A DNA stretch of 64,000 nucleotides from positions 249,319-313,318 of the forward strand of contig OZ247431.1 in assembly GCA_965232875.1 (NCBI GenBank), written 5' to 3'. Source of the DNA: Dehalococcoidia bacterium (lineage in GTDB: Bacteria; Chloroflexota; Dehalococcoidia; Bin125). Position 1 is the first letter of the stretch; each line of letters begins with the position of its first letter. Made by a program: the position numbers and the translations under genes. This document shows positions 29,186 through 39,239 of this stretch, in pieces. The notes under the pieces were generated by a model. It was not told the origin of the DNA and made no database searches. It saw only the letters and a program-made list of their open reading frames with translations.

Positions 29186-29965
29186 ATGACTTCCGCTACC
29201 CAGCATCTCGGCCCGGTCGTGATCAAGATCGGCGGCTCGACGCTTGGTGAACATGACACCTCGCTGTCGGACTGCGTCGCTCTACATCGCGAGGGTCGGC
29301 CGGTGGTCGTTGTCCACGGCGGCGGCGCGGTCGTGACCGACTGGCAGCGTCGACTCGGCGCTGAGGCGGCGTGGGTCGATGGGCTGCGCTCGACGACGCC
29401 GGAGTCGTTGGAAGTGGTGGTTGCGGTGCTGGCCGGATTGATCAACAAAGAACTGACGCGGCGGTTGCAGGAGTTGGGCGCCCCGGCGGTTGGCCTGAGC
29501 GGTGTCGACGGCGGCACACTGCATTCGCCAATCTCGACGAGGATCGGACTGGTCGGCGAAACGCCGCGCTGCAATCCTCACACACTGCAGCGAATGCTCG
29601 ACGCCGGCTTGCTGCCTGTGCTCGCACCGGTCGGGTTGGCGGACGATCTGTCTACGACCCTGAACATCAACGCCGACGCTGCGGCCGGTGCGGTGGCGAG
29701 TGCGCTTGGAGCTTCTGCGCTGATCTTCCTGACCGACGTTCCGCAGGTGCTGGACGGTAACGGGGCGGGAATCGAATGCCTGAATGACGCGCGGCAACGG
29801 GAGTTGACCGAGTGCGGAGTGATCGCCGGCGGAATGTTGCCCAAGTTGCGCGCCGGGCGTGAGACGGTTGGCTCGGGCGCTGAGGTCCGTATCGTGGACG
29901 GCAGACAACCGCAAATCGTCCGCGCAGCCGTTGATGGCGCGGCAGTGGGAACGGCCCTCATATGA
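29186..29965 (+). CDS. argB: acetylglutamate kinase
   Basis: VIKIGG, VVHGGG, NINAD, GGMLPK. Confidence 0.95.
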   Translation: MTSATQHLGPVVIKIGGSTLGEHDTSLSDCVALHREGRPVVVVHGGGAVVTDWQRRLGAEAAWVDGLRSTTPESLEVVVAVLAGLINKELTRRLQELGAPAVGLSGVDGGTLHSPISTRIGLVGETPRCNPHTLQRMLDAGLLPVLAPVGLADDLSTTLNINADAAAGAVASALGASALIFLTDVPQVLDGNGAGIECLNDARQRELTECGVIAGGMLPKLRAGRETVGSGAEVRIVDGRQPQIVRAAVDGAAVGTALI

Positions 29966-32952
29966 AGTGGTCCCCGTGGATCCATCGCAGCCAGGGTGGC
30001 TGGCGCAACGGCAGCGACGGCCCACATGACGTGCCGCCGTCGGATGAGGGTCGCTCCGGCGAACTTGGTCCGCCGCCGCCGGTCTTCCGCGAGGGACTCG
30101 GTGGAGGCGGCGGCGCTGGCGCCGACGAGCCGCCTCCCTACACCGCCGCCGAGGGCAACCGCACCTGGCCACGCGTCGTCGTCGCCGGCGTCGCCTTGCT
30201 GGTGCTGCTGATCCTGCTCAATATCGGCATCGATATCTACGTCGATCGACTCTGGTTCGACAACGTCGGTTACCGCGGTGTGTTCGACCTCCGCATCGTG
30301 ACGCAGGTCTGGCTATTCGTTGCCGGCGCAGGAATATCGTTGCTGGTGCTGGGCCTTTCTTATGCGGTCGCCTGGCGTATGCCGGTCGAGGCGATGGCTC
30401 CTGTGGTCGACGATCCTCGACTGACACGCGTGATTCACATCATCGCCGCTGTGGCGATGATTCTCCTGGCGATCATCTTCGGTTCGGTGGCCGCCGGGCA
30501 ATGGGAGCTCATCCTCCAGTATCTGAACGCCAAACCGTTCGGCTCGACAGACCCGCAGTTTGGCAAAGACCTCGGCTTCTACATCTTCGAGCTCGAAGCG
30601 CTTCAGTTCATGAAGGGCTGGGCGACCGGCCTGGCGATCATGACGATGCTCTCAACGGCCGCAACGTATGGCGTGCGGCTGATGATGCATCACGGCAACG
30701 CCCAATCAACCCTCGGGGTGCGCATCCATCTTGCGCTCACCATCGCGCTGGTCATGGCGCTGTTCGTCTGGAGCTACTGGCTGGCTCGCTTCGAACTGGC
30801 GTTGAACCCGAGTGGATTCGTCTACGGTGCGACGTTTACCGACGACAACATCCGCTCACCAGTCCAGATCGTCAAGATGGTCGCGGCAATTATCGTCATC
30901 CTCGGCGTGTTGTCGTGGCCGTTCCACGAGCGGCTGCGATTTGCGATCGGTCCGATCGCAGCGTTGATTCTGGTCTCGATCGTCGGTGGCGCGATCCTGC
31001 CGGCTGCAATTCAGCGATTCACCGTCGAGCCAAACGAACTCGAACGCGAGACGCCGTACATCGAGCGCAACATCGCCGCGACACGGGACGCATTCGCGCT
31101 GGACGAGATCGAGGAGCGCGAATTCAACGCCGACGATGCCGTAGATGAAGGTGATTTACAACTCAATCCCGAGGCGTTGCTCAACGTCCGCCTGTGGGAC
31201 CACCGTCCGCTGAACGACACGCTGAACACCATCCAGACCATTCGGCCGCTGTACGTGTATCCGGATGTCGATGTCGACCGCTACATGGTGGGCGGGGAGG
31301 AGCATCAGGTCTTCCTGGCTGCACGTGAGCTTTCCCAGGCGAATTTGCAATCGACGCAGCAGGGATGGGTCAACCGGAGGCTGCAGTTCACGCACGGATT
31401 CGGTGTGGTGATGACACCGGTTGATGAGGTGTCGCCGTCAGGCGAGCCGATCTTCTGGGTCTCGAATATTCCCCCGGAAGTGATCGAGGAGACGTCGTCG
31501 GGGCCGATCGACCTGGAGATCGTGGAGCCGAGGATTTACTACGGCGAAGTCACCGACGCCTACATCATCGCCAACAGCCGAACTGAAGAGTTTGACTATC
31601 CGCTCAGCGGTGATGAATCGACTGGTGAACTGGATCAGGCGACGACACGGTACTCAGGTCTCGGTGGGATCGAGCTGGGCGGGCTCTTCCGTCGCCTGGC
31701 GTTCGCCTGGTCGTTTGGCGACGCCAACATCCTGATTTCTGGTTCTGTCGATGGCGAGAGCCGGATCCTCTTCCGCCGACTGATCCAGGAGCGCGTGAAT
31801 GAACTTGCTCCATTCCTGCAGCTTGACGCCGACCCGTACATCGTTGTCGGAGAAGACGGCCGCCTCTATTGGATCCAGGACGCCTACACCGTCACAGATC
31901 GGTACCCCTACTCGCAGCCGCATGGCGTGGGCTACAACTACGTTCGCAACTCGGTCAAAGCGGTGATCGACGCTTACAACGGCTCGGTTGACCTCTACAT
32001 CGTCGACAACAGCGATCCGATCATCCAGGTCTGGCAGGACATCTTCCCCGAGCTGTTCAAGCCGGCCGATGAGTTCCCGCTCGACCTTCAGCAGCACTGG
32101 CGTTACCCGCAGGACTACTTCCAGATCCAGGCGGACCAGTACCTCACCTATCACATCGAGTCGGCGCGCGGCCTGTTCAACCGCGAAGATCTCTGGGCCA
32201 TCCCGCAAGAGTTGTTGCGCCAGCAGGAGATTGCGGTCGAGCCTTACTACGTGACGCTGCGCCTCCCCGACCAGCCGGAGCCCGAGTTCCTGCTGATCCT
32301 GCCATTCACGCCTCGCAACCGACTGAATTCGATCGCCTGGATGGCGGGTCGCTCCGACGGAGAGAACTACGGCAAGTTATTCGCGTTCCGCTTCCCGTCG
32401 AACAAGAACGTCGACGGTCCGAAACAGATTGAGAACCGAATCGACCAGGATGTTGCTGTGTCCCGACAGTTCACGCTTCTGGGCCAGCAAGGCTCGGAGG
32501 TGATCAGAGGCAACCTCCTGTTCATCCCGGTCGGCGATTCGTACGTGTACGTCGAACCGATCTACCTGCAAGCCGAAACCGGGCGCTACCCACAGCTCAA
32601 GGGGGTGATCGTCGTCAACGGCGACCGCATTGCCTTCGAGGACACGTTTGTCAACGCGGTGCAGGTTGCGTTGGGCAACCGTGCGGCCCAGGGTCTGTCT
32701 TTCCTCGGCGACGTGCCAGGTCAGGCCGTAACGGAGGAAGCTGCCGAAGAGCCGGACGTCGAAGCCCAGCAAGCTCAGCAGGATCGACAGCCGATAACGT
32801 TGTCCGATGACGCGGCAGAACTCACTGCACAAGCCCAGGAGGTCTTCGAGGAAGCGCTGGAAAAGCAGCGCGAAGGAGACTGGGCCGGCTACGGTGAAGC
32901 GCTTGATCGGCTGGGCCTGATCCTTGAGCGGCTAGCGGAGTCCTCGGAGTAG
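29962..32952 (+). CDS. UPF0182 family membrane protein
   Basis: DPQFGKDLGFYIF, NVRLWD, YPYS, NYVRNSVK, GNLLFIP. Confidence 0.93.
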   Translation: MKWSPWIHRSQGGWRNGSDGPHDVPPSDEGRSGELGPPPPVFREGLGGGGGAGADEPPPYTAAEGNRTWPRVVVAGVALLVLLILLNIGIDIYVDRLWFDNVGYRGVFDLRIVTQVWLFVAGAGISLLVLGLSYAVAWRMPVEAMAPVVDDPRLTRVIHIIAAVAMILLAIIFGSVAAGQWELILQYLNAKPFGSTDPQFGKDLGFYIFELEALQFMKGWATGLAIMTMLSTAATYGVRLMMHHGNAQSTLGVRIHLALTIALVMALFVWSYWLARFELALNPSGFVYGATFTDDNIRSPVQIVKMVAAIIVILGVLSWPFHERLRFAIGPIAALILVSIVGGAILPAAIQRFTVEPNELERETPYIERNIAATRDAFALDEIEEREFNADDAVDEGDLQLNPEALLNVRLWDHRPLNDTLNTIQTIRPLYVYPDVDVDRYMVGGEEHQVFLAARELSQANLQSTQQGWVNRRLQFTHGFGVVMTPVDEVSPSGEPIFWVSNIPPEVIEETSSGPIDLEIVEPRIYYGEVTDAYIIANSRTEEFDYPLSGDESTGELDQATTRYSGLGGIELGGLFRRLAFAWSFGDANILISGSVDGESRILFRRLIQERVNELAPFLQLDADPYIVVGEDGRLYWIQDAYTVTDRYPYSQPHGVGYNYVRNSVKAVIDAYNGSVDLYIVDNSDPIIQVWQDIFPELFKPADEFPLDLQQHWRYPQDYFQIQADQYLTYHIESARGLFNREDLWAIPQELLRQQEIAVEPYYVTLRLPDQPEPEFLLILPFTPRNRLNSIAWMAGRSDGENYGKLFAFRFPSNKNVDGPKQIENRIDQDVAVSRQFTLLGQQGSEVIRGNLLFIPVGDSYVYVEPIYLQAETGRYPQLKGVIVVNGDRIAFEDTFVNAVQVALGNRAAQGLSFLGDVPGQAVTEEAAEEPDVEAQQAQQDRQPITLSDDAAELTAQAQEVFEEALEKQREGDWAGYGEALDRLGLILERLAESSE

Positions 32953-32980
32953 ACGACCGTTGTTTCCGCTCCCCCTCGCA

Positions 32981-33170
32981 GAGACCGATGCATAACTCAG
33001 TTTCCCGTCCCCGCCCCCGAGCGGGGACCCGCTTTGGCATGGCCCAGGCAGCTTGGATAGGTCCCGGTTGACCAGATACAAGCGACAAGGATGGCCGCTG
33101 TGTCGGAGCCGGGGAAGGAGCGGGCCCCCGCTCGGTGGCGGGGGCGGTTGAGAAGTTGCGCATCGGTCTC
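32981..33170. mobile_element. MITE family A, copy 2 (190 bp), TSD TCGCA
   Basis: TIRs GAGACCGATGCATAAC / GTTGCGCATCGGTCTC; TCGCA at 32976-32980 and 33171-33175. Confidence 0.85.
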
Positions 33171-33246
33171 TCGCAGGGGGAGCTGCCGCAGGCTGAGGGG
33201 GGTCCCTTCCCTCTAACGCCAGATTTCACGCTGTGGACCCCATTCT

Positions 33247-33332
33247 CGTCATTCCCGCGCTCCGACGCGGGAATCTCGCTGCATGTGGCGCGGATGTCTG
33301 AACTGTTGGCAGCGAGATACCCGCAACAAGCG
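33247..33332. repeat. REP-like doublet, interrupted by a family B element
   Basis: GTCATTCCCGCG..CGCGGGAATCTC...GAGATACCCGC. Confidence 0.7.
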
Positions 33333-33529
33333 GAGGCCTTTGAGAGACTCCCCTTCTCCCCCCTTGCGGGGGAGATGCCCCCTGCCTACGCAGGGGCAGG
33401 CTCCGGCGGAGGGGGGCCGCTGTTCGGGAAGCCCCATCTGGTCTTCATCAGCCGACCCCCCTCTGTCACTCCGTGACATCTCCCCCCGCAAGGGGGGGAG
33501 AGGGGATTCGGGAGTTTCTCAAATGTCTC
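33333..33529. mobile_element. MITE family B copy
   Basis: TIRs GAGGCCTTTGAGAGACTCCC / GGGAGTTTCTCAAATGTCTC; inverted relative of 46500-46675. Confidence 0.8.
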
Positions 33530-33624
33530 AATGCGAGCGCTATCGGTTTCATAGACGCCTGACAGTCGCTCGCGTAGTCTGAATCGGATTGAGTCTCCCT
33601 GTCGGGGTAACCGGAGTGACGAAT

Positions 33625-34809
33625 ATGCCCACCACTGCTGAGCGCGAGTCTGCTGTCTTCATGATGTCGGCGGGCCGTTTGCCCGTCACGCTGGTGCGTG
33701 GTGAGGGCACGAAGGTTTGGGACGACGAGGGCAACGAGTATCTCGACTTCGTCGCCGGCATCGCCTCGGACAATCTCGGGCACTGCCATCCGCGTGTTGT
33801 GGAGGCGCTCAAGCAACAGGCCGAGACGCTACTGCACGTATCCAACTACTTCTACACGATTCCCCAGCTCGATCTGGCCGACATGGTGCTCGAACAGTCT
33901 GGCATGACCCGCATCTTCTTCTGTAACAGTGGGGCCGAGGCGACCGAGGGCGCGATCAAAATCGGCCGCAAGTGGGGCCAGACCCGGCGTGACGGGGCCT
34001 CGGAGATCATCGTCATGGACGAGGCGTTCCACGGCCGGACGCTGGCTTCGGTCAACGCGTCGGGCAATCCTCGCTACCGCGAGCCCTTCGGCCCGCTCGA
34101 CGGTTTCCGCCACGTGCCCTTCAACGATGTCGCTGCGGTGCGCGATGCCGTTGGTCCCGAGACGGCCGCCATCCTGGTCGAACCGCTGCAAGGTGAGGGC
34201 GGAGTCAATGTCGCCGACGACGGTTATCTGACCGCACTGCGCGCCATTTGCGACGAACATAACCTGCTGCTAATGCTGGACGAGGTCCAGACCGGGATTG
34301 GCCGGACGGGCAAACTGTTTGCCTGGCAGCACGAGGATGTGCAGCCCGACGTGATGGCGTTGGCCAAAGGTCTGGGCAGCGGCGTGCCGATTGGCGCAAT
34401 CGTCGCCAACGAGCGCGGCGACATTCTTGAGCCCGGCGACCACGGCACGACGTTTGGCGGTCAGCCGTTCACCACGGCGGTCGCGCTGGAGACGCTGCGC
34501 GTCATCGTCGACGAGGACATTCCCGCGCAGGCTGAGGCTCGCGGCGAGCAATTGACGTCGGGCATTCGCGCGCTGGAGGATCGCCATCCGTTGATCGACC
34601 ACGTGCGCGGCAAGGGCCTGTTGATCGCGGTGCAACTGAGCGCCGACGTTGGTCCGGCGCTGGTGACGGCGATCCGCGACCGCGGTCTGCTTTGCAACGT
34701 GGTCAAGCCGAATGTGCTGCGACTGGTGCCGCCGCTGACGATCTCGGCAGACGAGATCGACCAGGCGCTCGGCATCATTGACGACGCGCTCGCGTCCATC
34801 GCCGAATAG
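33625..34809 (+). CDS. argD: acetylornithine aminotransferase
   Basis: NSGAEATE, FHGRT, DEVQTGIGRTG, AKGLGSG. Confidence 0.93.
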   Translation: MPTTAERESAVFMMSAGRLPVTLVRGEGTKVWDDEGNEYLDFVAGIASDNLGHCHPRVVEALKQQAETLLHVSNYFYTIPQLDLADMVLEQSGMTRIFFCNSGAEATEGAIKIGRKWGQTRRDGASEIIVMDEAFHGRTLASVNASGNPRYREPFGPLDGFRHVPFNDVAAVRDAVGPETAAILVEPLQGEGGVNVADDGYLTALRAICDEHNLLLMLDEVQTGIGRTGKLFAWQHEDVQPDVMALAKGLGSGVPIGAIVANERGDILEPGDHGTTFGGQPFTTAVALETLRVIVDEDIPAQAEARGEQLTSGIRALEDRHPLIDHVRGKGLLIAVQLSADVGPALVTAIRDRGLLCNVVKPNVLRLVPPLTISADEIDQALGIIDDALASIAE

Positions 34810-34811
34810 GC

Positions 34812-34921
34812 CTGAACGGAATCGAACAGAACCGAACAAGAGCGAACAGATTCGAACGCGCATACTCGTCCACGGTCGCTCAGAATTGAACACAACCGAA
34901 CAGATCCGAACAAAACGAACA
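34812..34921 (+). repeat. 10-bp-phased GAAC array (5 + 4 units)
   Basis: CTGAAC GGAATCGAAC AGAACCGAAC AAGAGCGAAC AGATTCGAAC / AGAATTGAAC ACAACCGAAC AGATCCGAAC AAAACGAAC. Confidence 0.75.
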
Positions 34922-34937
34922 CAGTTGGGAGACCCGG

Positions 34938-36191
34938 GTGGCGAAACGAACAGATGAGAAGCGAGTGGTGCTGGCCTACTCGGGTGGGCTGGATACGTCG
35001 GTGGTGACGCGTTGGCTCACTGAGCGGGGCTGGGAAGTCGTCTGCATGACAGCCGACATGGGCTATCTCGAGGCCGACGAAGAGTTGGAATCGCGTGCTT
35101 ATGCCGCCGGTGCAGTCGGCTTCGAAATGCTCGATCTGCGCGAGGACTTTGCCCAGGCATTCTGCTTCCCGGCGCTGATGGCCGGCGCATTGTACGAAGG
35201 TCGCTACCCGCTAGCCACGGCATTGGCGCGTCCCTTGATTGCCAAGGCGCTCGTTGACGTCGCACGCCAGCACAACGCGACGGCGGTGGCGCACGGTTGT
35301 ACGGGCAAGGGCAACGACCAGGTCCGGTTCGATGTGTCGGTGCAGGCGCTGGCGCCCGACTTGCGCATTCTCGCTCCCGTCCGCGAATGGGAACTGACGA
35401 CGCGCGAGTCCGAGATCGTCTACGCCCAGGCGCACAGCATTCCGATCACGGTGAGCGTTGAGAAACAGTACTCAACCGACGAGAACCTCTGGGGTCGGTC
35501 GATCGAGGCCGGTCCGTTGGAGGATCCGTGGACCGAGCCGCCCGACAATGTCTGGGAGTGGACGGTCAATCCGGAAGATGCTCCGGACGAGCCGACGTAC
35601 CTCGAGATTGGCTTCGAGCATGGCCGACCGGTCTCCTTGGACGGCGAAAGACTCGATGCTGTCACATTGATCAGCCGCATTCACGATGTGGCTGGGGCTA
35701 ACGGCGTCGGACGGATCGACATGGTGGAAGACCGACTCGTCGGCATCAAGTCGCGTGAGGTCTATGAAGCGCCGGCGGCGACGACGCTGCGCATCGCGCA
35801 CCAGGCGCTGGAGACGCTGACCCTCTCCAAGAGCCAGATCCGGCTCAAGCATCGACTGATGCAGGACTACGCCGATCTGATTTACGACGGGCTCTGGTTC
35901 ACGGGAACGCACCAGGACCTGGCCGCGTTTACCGCCTCGATGCAGCGCCATGTGACCGGCACGTCGCGGGTCAAGCTGTACAAGGGCCAGGCCGTCGTGG
36001 TTGGCGTCGAGAGTCCGAACAGCCTCTACCAGTACTCGCTGGCGACCTACGACGAGGGTGACGTATTCGACCAGACATCGGCGGTTGGATTCATCGACAT
36101 CTTCGGCCTGCCGGTGCGGGTGCAGGCAGAGAAGCAGTTGCTCCGACAACCGGGCGGCGTCTTGGACGTATCATCGGGACACACGTCGTAA
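34938..36191 (+). CDS. argG: argininosuccinate synthase
   Basis: LAYSGGLDTS, HGCTGKGNDQVRF, GIKSREVYEAP. Confidence 0.97.
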   Translation: MAKRTDEKRVVLAYSGGLDTSVVTRWLTERGWEVVCMTADMGYLEADEELESRAYAAGAVGFEMLDLREDFAQAFCFPALMAGALYEGRYPLATALARPLIAKALVDVARQHNATAVAHGCTGKGNDQVRFDVSVQALAPDLRILAPVREWELTTRESEIVYAQAHSIPITVSVEKQYSTDENLWGRSIEAGPLEDPWTEPPDNVWEWTVNPEDAPDEPTYLEIGFEHGRPVSLDGERLDAVTLISRIHDVAGANGVGRIDMVEDRLVGIKSREVYEAPAATTLRIAHQALETLTLSKSQIRLKHRLMQDYADLIYDGLWFTGTHQDLAAFTASMQRHVTGTSRVKLYKGQAVVVGVESPNSLYQYSLATYDEGDVFDQTSAVGFIDIFGLPVRVQAEKQLLRQPGGVLDVSSGHTS

Positions 36192-36264
36192 CCGATCGAG
36201 CGATGGCCACCTCGGTGCGCACACGAGTCGGTAGGGGACATGGTGACCAGATTGGATATGGGCG

Positions 36265-36624
36265 ATGACGACCAAAGCCTCCGACACTGAGATCGCAGTC
36301 GAATACGAAGCGGCTGTACCCACGGCCGGCGGTCCCGACGCTGCGGACTTCCAGATCCGTCGGCCCGGGCACGCAACGCTGGAGTGCGCCCTTTATCTCG
36401 CGCTGGACGCCAAGCAGGCGTTTGAGGCGCTCTGCGGTCCACTCTCCGAGGACCAGATCCAGCTCGTGATTCGCGCGCTGGCCGACGGCATCTACCCAGC
36501 GCAGATTGCAGAGCTGGGTGAGCCGGCGGCGATCTGGACGATTCGCGCTCGTGACCTATCTGAGGAGCAACTCGATGCAGCGATCGGCGCCGCGGGTCTG
36601 ACGAAGCTCCCGACGGACGAATAG
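36265..36624 (+). CDS. hypothetical protein
   Basis: Protein-like composition; co-oriented between argG and argH. Confidence 0.65.
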   Translation: MTTKASDTEIAVEYEAAVPTAGGPDAADFQIRRPGHATLECALYLALDAKQAFEALCGPLSEDQIQLVIRALADGIYPAQIAELGEPAAIWTIRARDLSEEQLDAAIGAAGLTKLPTDE

Positions 36625-36670
36625 GGCTGTATCTCTCCCGACGGAAGTGGCGACAACCATGCATAACCCG

Positions 36671-36795
36671 CTCGCCCTCGCATGGGGAGCTGTCGCGAAG
36701 CGACTGAGGGGGTCCCTCGGTGCGTGACGAGCAAATGCGAGCGAACCGGGCGGGACCCCCTCCGCCTTCGGCGCCTCCCCCTGCAAGGGGGAGGA
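36671..36795. repeat. divergent family B REP/MITE copy
   Basis: GGGGAGCTGTCGCGAAGCGACTGAGGGGG...CCTCCCCCTGCAAGGGGGAGG. Confidence 0.65.
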
Positions 36796-36814
36796 AGAAC
36801 TGAATTGCAGGCGT

Positions 36815-38350
36815 ATGACCGACGCGAGCGACACTGGCGAGGCTGAGTCGCAGCGGCTCTGGGGCGGGCGCTTCGAGGAAGCGCCCGACGCACTAGTCCA
36901 GGCCTATACCTCGTCGATTCAAACCGACCTCCTGCTGTTCCGGCACGACATCGCCGGATCGCGCGCGCACGCGCGGATGCTGGCGTCTCAACGCATCATT
37001 GCCGCGGCCGACGCCGCAAGGATCATTGAAGGGCTTGGCCAGGTCGAGTCCGAGATCGAATCAGGCGGATTCGAGATCAACCACGAGCTCGAAGACATCC
37101 ACACGCATGTCGAGGCACGGCTGAGCCAGATCATCGGCGCCGACGCAGCCGGACGGCTGCACACGGCGCGATCGCGCAACGACCAGGTCGCTCTGGACAC
37201 GCGGATGTTCGTCCGCGACGCAATCGTGCAGGCAGTCGGCGCAGTGCGGGGACTGCAGGCATCTCTGATCGAGCTGGCCGAGCGGTCGTTGGACGTCTAC
37301 CTGCCCGGCTACACGCACCTGCAACGAGCCCAGCCGGTACTGCTGGCGCATCACTTGCTGGCCTACCTGGAAATGCTCGATCGCGATGCCGAGCGTCTGG
37401 TCGACTCCTTCGCTCGCGCCGACATCATGCCGCTCGGCAGCGCAGCGCTCGCTGGTGCTGCTTATCCGCTCGACCGACAGGCGGTCGCCGATGAGCTTGG
37501 GTTCGAAGCGATCTCGCGCAACAGCATGGACGCCGTCTCGTCCCGCGACTACATCGTCGAGTTCTTGTCCAATGCCGCCATTTGCATGGTCAATATCTCG
37601 CGACTCTGTGAGGACGTAATCCTCTGGAGTGCGGCGGAGTTCGGCGTCCTGCAGTTCGGCGATGCCTTTACGACCGGTTCTTCGATCATGCCGCAGAAAC
37701 GAAATCCCGATGTCGCCGAGCTGGCACGCGGCCGCAGCGGCAAGGTCGTGGGTCACCTGACCGCCATTTTGACGACGCTCAAGGGTCTGCCGTTGGCATA
37801 CAACCGCGACCTGCAAGAGGACAAATCCGGCTTGTTTGATACCGCTGAGAACCTGATTGGCACATTGCACGTCCTCGCTCGTGCGCTGCTAACGGCGCAA
37901 GTCGATGGCGCTCGTGCGCGAGCAATGGTGGACGACGATCCGTTCATTCTTGCCACGGACTACGCCGACTACATCACACGCAAAGGTGTCCCGTTCCGCG
38001 AGGCACACGGTGTGGTCGGGCGGTTGGTTCGGACCTGCGAACAGCGCGGCTGCAAGTTGTCGGAGTTGACGCTGGAAGACTTGCAAGCCGAGCATGCTGC
38101 GTTCGAGTCCGACGCGGTTGGAATGACCGCGCAGTTCGCGCTGGAATCGCGAAATGTGCCCGGCGGTACCGCGCCGCAGCAGGTGCTGACGGCTCTCGAT
38201 GAGGCGAAAGAACGCCTGCAACTCAAGCCGGCCAACCAGCCGGAGACACCGGCTCAGGAGCCCACGTTGCCCACGTTGGAGACGGGACTGAATCGCGCCC
38301 AGCGGCGAGCCGCCGAGCGCGCCGCGGCGAAACAACAGGGCCGACGATGA
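36815..38350 (+). CDS. argH: argininosuccinate lyase
   Basis: LWGGRF, HTARSRNDQV, GSSIMPQKRNPD. Confidence 0.97.
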   Translation: MTDASDTGEAESQRLWGGRFEEAPDALVQAYTSSIQTDLLLFRHDIAGSRAHARMLASQRIIAAADAARIIEGLGQVESEIESGGFEINHELEDIHTHVEARLSQIIGADAAGRLHTARSRNDQVALDTRMFVRDAIVQAVGAVRGLQASLIELAERSLDVYLPGYTHLQRAQPVLLAHHLLAYLEMLDRDAERLVDSFARADIMPLGSAALAGAAYPLDRQAVADELGFEAISRNSMDAVSSRDYIVEFLSNAAICMVNISRLCEDVILWSAAEFGVLQFGDAFTTGSSIMPQKRNPDVAELARGRSGKVVGHLTAILTTLKGLPLAYNRDLQEDKSGLFDTAENLIGTLHVLARALLTAQVDGARARAMVDDDPFILATDYADYITRKGVPFREAHGVVGRLVRTCEQRGCKLSELTLEDLQAEHAAFESDAVGMTAQFALESRNVPGGTAPQQVLTALDEAKERLQLKPANQPETPAQEPTLPTLETGLNRAQRRAAERAAAKQQGRR

Positions 38351-39048
38351 CCGACAAGACCAGCACGTCGAGTCGGTCGGTTGCGATTGCCCCTTCAATC
38401 TTGAACGCCGATTGGACGCGCCTCTCGGAGCAGATCGCCGACGCCGAAGCAGCCGGCGTCGATTGGATTTCGCTCGACGTGATGGATGGCAACTTCGTGC
38501 CGCCAATCACCTTCGGCGCGCAAATGGCTTCTGCGGTGCGTTCGTTGACGTCCTTACCGATTGAGGCGCATCTGATGGTCGAGCATCCCGAGGATCACAT
38601 CGGCGACTTCATCGCCGCAGGGGTCAACTGCGTGACCATTCACATCGAGTCGACGCGACATCCGCACCGGTTGCTGCAGCAGATTGCAGACGGCGGCGTA
38701 GAGGCGGGCGTGACGCTCAATCCCGGTACGCCGTTGAGCGAGCTTGAGGCCGTCGCGCCGATCTGTGACCGGATCCAGATCATGAGCGTCAACCCCGGTT
38801 GGGGTGGTCAGAAGTTCATCCCGGAATCGCTGGATCGAGTTCGGCAGGCGCGAGAGATGCTCGACGCCTGCGGCCGTGAGTCGTCGCCAGTAGCCGTCGA
38901 CGGTGGAGTGAACGAGTCGACGATCGCCGCAATTGTGAACGCGGGGGCGACGTGGTTAGTAGCCGGTTCGGCCGTGTACAACGACCGAGAATCGGTCGCG
39001 GACGCTGTGGCTCGCTTGCGTCGTGCTCTCGATGCGCTAGGTCGTTAG
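38347..39048 (+). CDS. rpe: ribulose-phosphate 3-epimerase
   Basis: IAPSIL, DVMDGNFVP, HLM, MSVNPG, VDGG. Confidence 0.95.
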   Translation: MTDKTSTSSRSVAIAPSILNADWTRLSEQIADAEAAGVDWISLDVMDGNFVPPITFGAQMASAVRSLTSLPIEAHLMVEHPEDHIGDFIAAGVNCVTIHIESTRHPHRLLQQIADGGVEAGVTLNPGTPLSELEAVAPICDRIQIMSVNPGWGGQKFIPESLDRVRQAREMLDACGRESSPVAVDGGVNESTIAAIVNAGATWLVAGSAVYNDRESVADAVARLRRALDALGR

Positions 39049-39066
39049 GCCGCATTCCTGGATCGA

Positions 39067-39220
39067 CCTCCCCCTCTGGGGGAGGTGTCACGAAGTGACG
39101 GAGGGGGCCGCCCTGTCGAGTGGGTCGTGCGCTGCGTGCCCCTCAGCCCCCGCATCCCCTGGTCAAGCCAGGGGCAGGCAAGTGCGGGGCAGGCTTTCGG
39201 CGGCTCCCCCAAAGGGGGAG
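39067..39220. repeat. family B REP/MITE copy between convergent genes
   Basis: CCTCCCCCTCTGGGGGAGGTGTCACGAAGTGAC...CTCCCCCAAAGGGGGAG; internal CCCTGGTCAAGCCAGGG hairpin. Confidence 0.7.
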
Positions 39221-39239
39221 CCCTGTTTCCAGACCAGCG

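Noticed and set aside
33135-33582. Recurrent small ORFs with PPLSLRDISPRKGG (also near 17222, 46441, 53453)
   Set aside because: Translations of the repeat elements, not a protein family
34812-34921. CRISPR array or alphaproteobacterial LexA (GAAC-N7-GAAC) sites
   Set aside because: Units are 10 bp with no spacers and no cas genes; the spacing is N6, not N7
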